DNA from: Thermococcus chitonophagus
GTDB taxonomy: Archaea > Methanobacteriota_B > Thermococci > Thermococcales > Thermococcaceae
DNA length: 24,000 nucleotides
Direction of reading: 5' to 3'
Assembly (NCBI RefSeq): GCF_002214605.1
Contig: NZ_CP015193.1
Location: forward strand, 452,978 to 476,977
The number at the start of each line of letters is the position of its first letter. The stretch's first letter is position 1. The notes beneath the pieces are model-generated. The model did not search any database. It worked only from the letters and a program-made list of their open reading frames with translations, and was not told the DNA's origin. Both the position numbers and the translations under genes were made by a program. Below are positions 16,954-24,000 of the stretch, one piece after another.

Positions 16954-18030
16954 TCACCTCTCGAGCCTCGCTACTATGGGCTCCCCTCCGTATGGGGTGT
17001 AAACCTTATCCACCTTTGGAAAGAGATACCTTATTGGAGCCTCTTCGGATGATATCATGAACAGGCTTCCTTTTTCTGCGGCGGTTAATGGCCTCAGCCT
17101 GATTCTATCCGTTAATCCAAACATCTCTCCGTGCCTCGCAACTATAACTGCCCATGGTCCGTTAACAAGCAGGGGTGAGTAGACCATCCTGAGGGCCTTG
17201 TAGAAGTTCCTCTCCTTTTCGGGCATCCTCTCTATTTCCTCCCACATAGGGGGAGCGAGTATCTTGGCTACGACCTCTATTGGAAGCCCCTGCCTCCTCA
17301 TGAGAAGGTCGAATATGTATGCCATAACCTCTGTGTCCGTCTTCAGCGTGCTGTAGTAGCCAAACATCTCGAGATACCTCTTGTTAGTTCCATAGGAGCT
17401 TATCTCTCCGTTGTGGACGACGGTCCAGTCGAGGATGCTGAAGGGGTGAGCCCCTCCCCACCATCCTGGAGTATTAGTTGGGAACCTCGTGTGGGCGGTC
17501 CAGATGTAGCCCCTGTACTCCTCTATCATGAAGAAGTCTGCTATGTCCTCAGGGAAGCCAACTCCCTTGAAGACGCCCATGTTCTTTCCGGATGAGATTA
17601 TGTAGGCACCGTCGATGTGCCTGTTCACGTACATGACCTTCTTTATCACATAGTCATCATCGCTCAAGCTCTTCTCCGTCCCCCTCTTCCTGGGAGCGAC
17701 AAAGTACCTGACAAACTTCGGAGGGTCAACTACGTTGGCCTTATCATTCACGGGTATCTCATCCTCGTAAACTATGTCGAAGTTCTGGCTGATGTAATTG
17801 TACACCTTCTCCTTCACGTCCTTATTGTCTAGCATCACGTGGAGCGCGTAATAGTCCTTGAACTTCTTGTAGAGGCCATAGACTGCAAAGCCCGCCCCTA
17901 GACCATTTCCTCTGACCTTCATTAGGGACATTGCTTCAACTATCAGCTTCCCGCTGAACCTCCTTCCTGCCCTGTCCATTATGCCGAAGATACCGCAGGC
18001 CGAGAAGTCCTTATCATCGTTGAACCTCAT
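16954..18030 (-). CDS. Class-II (Ntn) glutamine amidotransferase subunit of archaeal split glutamate synthase
   Basis: A short propeptide precedes CGIFGI, giving the N-terminal nucleophile Cys after processing. The GATase_2-like core includes TAHTRFPTNTPGWWGGAHPF and VVHNGEISSYGTNKRYL. Confidence 0.82.
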   Translation of the reverse strand: MRFNDDKDFSACGIFGIMDRAGRRFSGKLIVEAMSLMKVRGNGLGAGFAVYGLYKKFKDYYALHVMLDNKDVKEKVYNYISQNFDIVYEDEIPVNDKANVVDPPKFVRYFVAPRKRGTEKSLSDDDYVIKKVMYVNRHIDGAYIISSGKNMGVFKGVGFPEDIADFFMIEEYRGYIWTAHTRFPTNTPGWWGGAHPFSILDWTVVHNGEISSYGTNKRYLEMFGYYSTLKTDTEVMAYIFDLLMRRQGLPIEVVAKILAPPMWEEIERMPEKERNFYKALRMVYSPLLVNGPWAVIVARHGEMFGLTDRIRLRPLTAAEKGSLFMISSEEAPIRYLFPKVDKVYTPYGGEPIVARLER

Positions 18031-18079
18031 GGCTCTCTACCCTTCCCCATTTTGTCCCTCTTAGTGATACAGGAAGATC

Positions 18080-18092
18080 TTTTATATTTTTC
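18080..18092 (-). promoter_or_regulatory. Candidate BRE/TATA for the split-GltS operon
   Basis: The minus strand reads GAAAAATATAAAA, centred ~55 nt upstream of ATG 18030. Confidence 0.35.
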
Positions 18093-18380
18093 TATTCTGG
18101 CCTAAAATATTTTGACAAAGTTAGCTAAATCGCCTAATAATGTTCGAGAATGGCACCGTGAATATGTATGTACACTGACTGTGGAGAATATTCTAAACTA
18201 TCCTTTTTGCTTTAAAAATTTTTCACATCTTAGAGAGGGTTTGTTTAACTCCCATAAAATGCGCTGATTTTAAACATCTATCCAAAATTATACTTTACAA
18301 AAGTCAAGAATAGTTGCACAATTTACCAAAAATTATCCAATAATGATATAAGCATTGTTGAAGCCCGAAAACCTTCGGAG

Positions 18381-19508
18381 GTGAGGGACACGGTGGTCAA
18401 CTCAGGGAAAGGTCTAGAGAATGTTTACATAGATCAATCCAGCATATGTTACATAGACGGGTTTGGGGGGAAGCTGTACTACAGGGGGTACAGCATAGAG
18501 GAGCTAGCCGAGATGAGCAGCTTTGAGGAGGTAACCTTCCTCCTGTGGTACGGCGAGTTGCCGACGAAGAAGGAGCTTGAGGAGTTCTCCAAGGAGCTTG
18601 CAAGGAGTAGGAAGTTACCCGAAGAGCTCCTCGATCTCCTGTACAGGATCCCTAAGACGGCCCATCCAATGGGGGCTCTGAGGACTGCGGTGTCTTTTCT
18701 GGGGAACCTAAATGGAGAGCCGAGTGCAACCCCGGAGGACGTCTTCAGAAAGGGAATAAGCGTTACCGCAAAGATTCCTGTTATCGTTGCAACCCTGTAC
18801 AGGATAAAGAACGGGCTTGACCCAATTGAACCGTCAACGAAGTTGAGTCATGCAGCGAACTTCCTCTACATGCTCCACGGTGAAAAACCACCGAAAGAAT
18901 GGGAGAAGGCCATGGACGTTGCCTTAATCCTGTACGCCGAGCACGAGATAAATGCCTCAACTCTAACGGTTATGACGGTTGGCTCAACTCTGAGCGACTA
19001 CTACTCAGCTATAGTGGCTGGAATTGGGGCTTTAAAGGGACCACTGCACGGAGGAGCTGTGGAAGGAGCGATAAGGCAGTTCATGGAGATCGGCAGCCCG
19101 GAGAAAGTTGAGGAGTGGTTCTTCAACGCACTAAAGGAGAAGAGGAGGATAATGGGCGCGGGGCATAGGGTATACAAAACCTATGACCCCAGGGCAAAGG
19201 TGTTCAAGAAGTACGCTAGACTGTTGGGGGATAAAACCCTTTATGAGATAGCTGAGAGGCTGGAGAGGCTTGTTTTGGAGCATTTGGGTAAGAAGGGTGT
19301 TAGCATTAACGTTGACTACTGGTCGGGAATAGTGTTCCACGCAATGGGTATTCCAATAGAGCTGTACACGACGATATTTGCAATGGGTAGAATAGCTGGC
19401 TGGACCGCTCATCTGGCTGAATACATCTCGCATAACAGGCTGATAAGGCCTAGGTTGCAGTACGTGGGTGAAATCGGAAAGAAGTACGTTCCTGTTGAAA
19501 TGAGGTGA
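18381..19508 (+). CDS. gltA: Citrate synthase
   Basis: The sequence is collinear with my recollection of the P. furiosus citrate synthase, but with many substitutions. Matching segments include [80 protein letters not shown] and NVDYWSG. The start is ambiguous: GTG 18381, or GTG 18393 which follows GGAGGTGA (18377-18384). Confidence 0.95.
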   Translation: MRDTVVNSGKGLENVYIDQSSICYIDGFGGKLYYRGYSIEELAEMSSFEEVTFLLWYGELPTKKELEEFSKELARSRKLPEELLDLLYRIPKTAHPMGALRTAVSFLGNLNGEPSATPEDVFRKGISVTAKIPVIVATLYRIKNGLDPIEPSTKLSHAANFLYMLHGEKPPKEWEKAMDVALILYAEHEINASTLTVMTVGSTLSDYYSAIVAGIGALKGPLHGGAVEGAIRQFMEIGSPEKVEEWFFNALKEKRRIMGAGHRVYKTYDPRAKVFKKYARLLGDKTLYEIAERLERLVLEHLGKKGVSINVDYWSGIVFHAMGIPIELYTTIFAMGRIAGWTAHLAEYISHNRLIRPRLQYVGEIGKKYVPVEMR

Positions 19509-19513
19509 TCGAG

Positions 19514-20713
19514 ATGAAATTGCCTGAGGAAGGTAAAATCGCCGAGGTTAGAGGTGGGAAGCTCGAAGTTCCCGATGAACCAATTGTCGCCGTTATAGAG
19601 GGCGACGGAATTGGTAGGGAGGTCATTCCAGTAGCCATAAGGGTCGCGGATAGAGCTGTTGAGCTTGCATACGGCGGGAAGAGGGGGATAATCTGGTGGG
19701 AGCTTTTGGCCGGAAAGAAAGCCCTCAAGGAGAAGGGTGAGCTCCTGCCAAAGGAGACCATAGAAGGAATAGCAACTGTAAAGCTAGCCCTGAAGGGCCC
19801 CCTTGAGACGCCAGTTGGTAGCGGACACAGGAGCCTCAACGTAACCCTGAGGAAGGTTCTCGACCTCTACGCCAACGTCAGGCCAGTCCAGTACTATGGA
19901 GCACCAACTCCATTTGCCTACGCGGACAAGGTTGACTTCATAATATTCAGGGAGAACACCGAGGATGTCTATGCCGGAATAGAGTGGAAGGCCTTCACGG
20001 AAGAGGCAAGGAAAGTTCTCGAGTTCTTGGAGAGGGAGTTCGGGATAAAGGTGAGGGAAGATTCTGGACTAAGCTTAAAGCCAATCTCAAAGTTTGCCAC
20101 CCAGAGGATAATGAGGAAGGCCCTCCAGTGGGCGGTGGATAAGGGGAGGAGGGTTGTAACGATAATGCACAAGGGCAACATAATGAAGTTCACTGAAGGG
20201 GCGTTTAGGGAGTGGTGCTACGAGGTCGCTGAGAAGGAGTTCTCTGAGTACGTGAGCATTGGGGAGGAGAAGCCCGGGAAGATACTGGTAAACGACAGGA
20301 TAGCCGACAACATGTTCCAGCAGATAATAATCAAGCCCTGGGCCTACGACGTCATAGTTACGCCTAACCTCAACGGTGACTACATCAGCGATGCCGCCGC
20401 TGCCTTGGTTGGTGGCGTTGGAATGGCCTCCGGCCTTAACCTCGGTGACTACATAGCCTTGGCTGAGCCCGTTCACGGGACCGCTCCGGATATAGCGGGG
20501 AAGGGGATAGCTAATCCTTCAGCAGCAATCCTAAGCGTTGCACTGCTTCTGGAGTACATGGGGTGGATCGAGGCAACGGAGCTGATAAGGAAAGCCCTGA
20601 GGAAGACAATAGAGAGCGGGAAAGTTACTGCAGATTTGGCTAAGCCCGGAGAGAAGGCCTTGAAGACCGAAGAGTTTGCCGAGGAAGTTATAAAGGCCAT
20701 GGAGGGATTGTAA
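19514..20713 (+). CDS. icd: Isocitrate dehydrogenase (NADP-type, homodimeric beta-decarboxylating dehydrogenase family)
   Basis: Motifs include IEGDGIGREV, SLNVTLRKVLDLYANVRP, FRENTEDVYAGIE, LNGDYISDAAAALVGGVGMA and HGTAPDIAGKGIANP. I prefer ATG 19514, 5 nt after GAGGTGA, which contains the citrate synthase stop. The track start is GTG 19505. Confidence 0.93.
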   Translation: MKLPEEGKIAEVRGGKLEVPDEPIVAVIEGDGIGREVIPVAIRVADRAVELAYGGKRGIIWWELLAGKKALKEKGELLPKETIEGIATVKLALKGPLETPVGSGHRSLNVTLRKVLDLYANVRPVQYYGAPTPFAYADKVDFIIFRENTEDVYAGIEWKAFTEEARKVLEFLEREFGIKVREDSGLSLKPISKFATQRIMRKALQWAVDKGRRVVTIMHKGNIMKFTEGAFREWCYEVAEKEFSEYVSIGEEKPGKILVNDRIADNMFQQIIIKPWAYDVIVTPNLNGDYISDAAAALVGGVGMASGLNLGDYIALAEPVHGTAPDIAGKGIANPSAAILSVALLLEYMGWIEATELIRKALRKTIESGKVTADLAKPGEKALKTEEFAEEVIKAMEGL

Positions 20714-23196
20714 TGTACCTGGAGGAGAAGGATGGAATAAAGTTTTACAGCTTGAATAAGCTGGACTATGACGTTCATTCCCTTCCATACTCCCTCAGGA
20801 TTTTGGTTGAGAATGTCCTAAGGCACCTCAACAACGGAATAGTTACCGAGGAGCACCTAGCGAACATATTTGAGAGGAAGGGTGAGATCCCGTTCTACCC
20901 TGCGAGGATAATAATGCAGGACTATACTGGAGTTCCTGCAGTTGTTGATCTTGCTGCAATGAGGGACTACGTCGCCGAGAAGGGTGGGGATCCCTCAAAG
21001 GTTAATCCAGAGATACCGGTAGAGCTGGTTATAGACCACTCCCTGATCGTTCTTTATCATGGAACCAAGTATTCTCTGGAGGAGAACATGAAGGCCGAGC
21101 TGAACGCGAATAAGGAGAGATACTCCCTTTTGAAGTGGGCCTCAAAGGCCTTTAAGAACTTCCGAGTGGTTCCCCCAGGGAAGGGCATCATACACCAGAT
21201 AAATGTGGAGCACCTCGCCAGAATAGTATTCTACGAGAACGGCTTGGCGTATCCTGACACGGTGCTAGGGACAGACAGCCACACTCCGATGGTTAACGGC
21301 ATTGGAGTTCTCGGGTGGGGAGTTGGAGGGATAGAGGCCGAGGCAGCTTTACTGGGCCAGCCCTACTACATGAGGGTTCCCGAGGTCGTTGGAGTTGTTC
21401 TAGAGGGCGAACCGAGTCCAGAGGTAACGCCAACTGATATAGTCCTCACAATAACGGAGAAGCTGAGGAAGAAGGGAGTAGTTGGGAAGTTCCTTGAGTA
21501 TACGGGAAACCTTGAGGCCCTCTCGGCATTCGACAGGGCAGTTATAGCGAACATGACGCCTGAGAATGGGGCGACAGTAGGTTACTTCCCGATAGATGGG
21601 GAAACGATAAGGTTCATAGAGCTCACGAGGGGGAAGAAGAAGGCTAAGCTAGTGGAGAAGTACGCTAAGCTCAACCTGATGTTCAGGGAGGAGGAACCTA
21701 AGTACGATGACGTGGTTAAGATTGATCTCTCGAAGGTCGAACCTTCCGTGGCAGGCCCAACCCATCCCGAGGACAGAATTCCTTTGAAGAAACTGAAGGA
21801 GAGCTTCAAGCCCAAGAAAAAAGTTAAGATAGTTTTGGAGGGAGAGCACGAGGTTGAAGACGGAATTGTAGCTTTAGCTGCGATAGCCAGCTGTACGAAC
21901 ACATCCAATCCCTTCAACATTCTTGCTGCAGCTCTGCTGGCCAAGAAGGCCGTTGAAAGGGGCTTAAAGGTTAAGCCCTGGGTTAAGACCAGTTTCACCC
22001 CAGGAAGCAGGGTCGTGGTTAAGTACCTAGAAAACCTCGGCTTGATGAGCTACCTTGAAGCCTTAGGCTTTCACGTCAACGGCTTCGCGTGTGCAAGCTG
22101 TATAGGCAACAGCGGGCCGCTTAAGAGGGAGGTTGAAGAGGCCATCGGTGAAGGGTTAGTTGCTACAGCTGTAATTAGCGGAAACAGAAACTTCCGGAGG
22201 AGAGTAAATCCGCTCATAGAACATACATACCTCGCGAGTCCTCCTCTCGTGGTGGCTTTCGCGATAGCTGGAAGGATAAACATTGACTTTGAGAGGGAGC
22301 CATTGGCTTACGATCCAAACGGGAAGCCAGTGTACCTTAGAGACATCATGCCCACCAGAGAAGAGATCAAGGGGCTGGAGAAGATCGTCGGGGAGGAGAT
22401 GTTCAAGGAAATCTACTCCAACCTCTTCGAGAGCCCCTACTGGGACATGATAAAGGCGAACGAAGGAGAGCTGTTCGAGTGGGATGATAAATCGAGTTAC
22501 ATAAGGAAGCCGCCCTTCTTCGAGCTTGAGCCCCTGAAGGGAGATATAAAGGGAGCTAGGGTTCTCGTATTCCTGGGCGATAGGATTAGCACGGATGACA
22601 TAAGTCCCGCTGGCAAGATAGATCCTGAAAGTCCAGCAGGGAAATATCTCAGAGAACTCGGTGTTGATAATTTGCATACCTACGGAGCAAGGCGTGGAAA
22701 TCATGAAGTGATGATGCGCGGAACATTTGCAAGGTTCAAAACAATTTACTGGCCGACCGGGGAGGAGATGAGCGTTTATGATGCCGCGATGAGGTACAAG
22801 CAGGAGGGCATTCCGGTCATAATTATAGCGGGGAAGCAGTACGGAGTTGGGAGCAGCAGGGACTGGGCCGCTAAGGGGCCCGCATTGTTGGGAGTTAAGG
22901 CCGTAATTGCTGAGAGCTTCGAGAGGATACACAGGAGCAACCTCGTGGGTATGGGAATTCTTCCGTTACAGTTCAAGGATCCCTCGGTGAGGAAGGAGCT
23001 TGACGGTAGCGAGGTTTACGACATAATAGGCCTTGATGATCTGTACCCAGGAAAGACCGTGAAAGTTATTGCGAGAAAACCAGGGAAAACCGTTGAATTC
23101 GAGGCAATAGTCAGGCTTGAGACTCCAATTGAGGTAGAGTACATCAGGCATGGTGGTATACTCAAGTATGCCGTATCTAGGCTTTTATCTCTTTGA
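20713..23196 (+). CDS. acn: Aconitate hydratase (AcnA/IRP-type), 827 aa
   Basis: Motifs include IMQDYTGVPAVVDLAAMR, IDHS, PGKGIIHQINVEH and GTDSHTPM. Fe-S ligand cysteines lie in IASCTNTSNP and CASCIGNSG. The C-terminal swivel domain has GSSRDWAAKGPALLGVKAVIAESFERIHRSNLVGMGILPLQF. The ATG overlaps the icd stop (TAATG, 20711-20715). Confidence 0.95.
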   Translation: MYLEEKDGIKFYSLNKLDYDVHSLPYSLRILVENVLRHLNNGIVTEEHLANIFERKGEIPFYPARIIMQDYTGVPAVVDLAAMRDYVAEKGGDPSKVNPEIPVELVIDHSLIVLYHGTKYSLEENMKAELNANKERYSLLKWASKAFKNFRVVPPGKGIIHQINVEHLARIVFYENGLAYPDTVLGTDSHTPMVNGIGVLGWGVGGIEAEAALLGQPYYMRVPEVVGVVLEGEPSPEVTPTDIVLTITEKLRKKGVVGKFLEYTGNLEALSAFDRAVIANMTPENGATVGYFPIDGETIRFIELTRGKKKAKLVEKYAKLNLMFREEEPKYDDVVKIDLSKVEPSVAGPTHPEDRIPLKKLKESFKPKKKVKIVLEGEHEVEDGIVALAAIASCTNTSNPFNILAAALLAKKAVERGLKVKPWVKTSFTPGSRVVVKYLENLGLMSYLEALGFHVNGFACASCIGNSGPLKREVEEAIGEGLVATAVISGNRNFRRRVNPLIEHTYLASPPLVVAFAIAGRINIDFEREPLAYDPNGKPVYLRDIMPTREEIKGLEKIVGEEMFKEIYSNLFESPYWDMIKANEGELFEWDDKSSYIRKPPFFELEPLKGDIKGARVLVFLGDRISTDDISPAGKIDPESPAGKYLRELGVDNLHTYGARRGNHEVMMRGTFARFKTIYWPTGEEMSVYDAAMRYKQEGIPVIIIAGKQYGVGSSRDWAAKGPALLGVKAVIAESFERIHRSNLVGMGILPLQFKDPSVRKELDGSEVYDIIGLDDLYPGKTVKVIARKPGKTVEFEAIVRLETPIEVEYIRHGGILKYAVSRLLSL

Positions 23197-23221
23197 TATT
23201 TGCTTTCCTTACTTTTCTTTG
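23197..23221 (+). terminator. T-rich terminator region after aconitase
   Basis: TATTTGCTTTCCTTACTTTTCTTTG lies directly after stop TGA 23194-23196. Confidence 0.45.
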
Positions 23222-23281
23222 ACATAACTAGACTAGATAGCAAAAACCCTAAAGTTCTCCCCGGGTATCTTATTCTGGGGG

Positions 23282-24000
23282 ATGAGTATGAGGATCGAAG
23301 ATGTTTACATATGGGACATAAATGCTAAGTGGCTTGGAATAACTCCCTTCCAGCTAATGGAAAATGCGGGAGCTGGAGTTGCCCGAGTCATAGAGGATAG
23401 GTTTGGAAAGGGCCTTAAAGTTGCCGTCTTCTGTGGAACCGGAAACAACGGCGGGGATGGCTTCGTTGCTGCAAGACACTTAAGCTTTGAGAATGACGTT
23501 ACGGTATTTCTCGTGGGGGATGAGGCAAAGATAAGGAGCGAAGAAGCTAAGCTCAACTGGAATATACTAAAGAACTTGGAGTTTGTAAAAGTAGAGATAC
23601 TAAAAGACTCAAGCCAGATAAGAAGCCTTGATCTCTCTAATTTTGACGTGATAGTTGACGCCCTTCTTGGGGCCGGAACGAAGGGCGAGCCTAGAGAACC
23701 GATAAGGTCGGCAATAGAGAAGATAAACGAGTACTCTGGCAAAGCTAAGATAGTGAGCATTGACCTGCCAAGCGGTTATCCTTCTGAGGTAAGGGTGAAG
23801 TGCGACTTCGCGGTTACATTCCAGTGGGACAAGGAAGAATTTAGGGACTTTGAGAGGGTTATAGTGAAGATAGGCTACCCCAGGGAGCTGTACCATTTAG
23901 TTGGCCCAGCCCACGTCAAGTTCGCGTTCAGAAGGAAAGGTGAGCACAAGGGCCAGAACGGGAAGTTGCTCGTGATTGGTGGTAGTGAAAACTATTATGG
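23282..24000 (+). CDS. nnr: Bifunctional NAD(P)H-hydrate repair enzyme Nnr (YjeF_N epimerase plus start of the ADP-dependent dehydratase domain), 3'-truncated by the window edge
   Basis: It is absent from the ORF track because no stop lies inside the window. My translation from ATG 23282 (or ATG 23288) is MSMRIEDVYIWDINAKWLGITPFQLMENAGAGVA...VFCGTGNNGGDGFVAARHL (YjeF_N motif) ... GEHKGQNGKLLVIGGSENYYG (start of YjeF_C). Track ORFs 23305..23760(-) and 23609..23896(-) are its antisense shadows. Confidence 0.85.
   Translation, partial: MSMRIEDVYIWDINAKWLGITPFQLMENAGAGVARVIEDRFGKGLKVAVFCGTGNNGGDGFVAARHLSFENDVTVFLVGDEAKIRSEEAKLNWNILKNLEFVKVEILKDSSQIRSLDLSNFDVIVDALLGAGTKGEPREPIRSAIEKINEYSGKAKIVSIDLPSGYPSEVRVKCDFAVTFQWDKEEFRDFERVIVKIGYPRELYHLVGPAHVKFAFRRKGEHKGQNGKLLVIGGSENYY

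Noticed and set aside
18062-18067. GTGATA half-site resembling the Thermococcales glycolytic motif (TATCAC-N5-GTGATA) bound by TrmB-family regulators
   Set aside because: The partner half-site TATCAC is absent at the required 5-nt spacing, and a single hexamer is not meaningful.
19450-22976. Series of minus-strand ORFs (19450..19839, 19969..20193, 20087..20476, 20473..20788, 21366..21554, 21582..21998, 22071..22283, 22156..22932, 22776..22976)
   Set aside because: All lie antisense to the strongly supported icd and aconitase genes. Their compositions are biased (S/L/P-rich) and none has independent signals.
23305-23896. Minus-strand ORFs 23305..23760 and 23609..23896
   Set aside because: The plus strand here encodes a clear YjeF_N/Nnr protein (GTGNNGGDG motif), which the ORF track omits because it lacks an in-window stop. 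The minus ORFs are its antisense shadows.

Overview
The window is a gene-dense chromosomal segment from a hyperthermophilic euryarchaeon of the Thermococcales, Pyrococcus-like. From memory only, not a search, the acylphosphatase, IMP dehydrogenase, TtuA and citrate synthase translations closely resemble Pyrococcus horikoshii and P. furiosus proteins. I call 24 protein genes, including two truncated by the window edges, and one initiator tRNA-Met. There is no CRISPR array, IS element or rRNA. Main content: (i) a putative exopolysaccharide module at 327-4345, with a processive membrane GT2 synthase divergent from a 761-aa polytopic protein and a small unknown protein. (ii) Housekeeping genes: ttuA, a CPA2 antiporter, a COG2509-like flavoprotein, a metallophosphoesterase, acyP, an ACT/HTH regulator divergent from guaB, and a Wzx-like flippase. 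(iii) A free-standing double-motif LAGLIDADG endonuclease-like gene abutting tRNAi-Met, followed by a roughly 390-nt ORF-free but GC-rich gap. (iv) A glutamate-synthesis supercluster, with a three-gene split glutamate synthase divergent from a tightly coupled citrate synthase, isocitrate dehydrogenase and aconitase operon. (v) The 5' part of an Nnr/YjeF gene that is missing from the ORF track. The best candidates for something undescribed are the LAGLIDADG/tRNA junction and the adjacent GC-rich non-coding island. All functional calls rest on motif recognition by eye and need HMM or BLAST confirmation.
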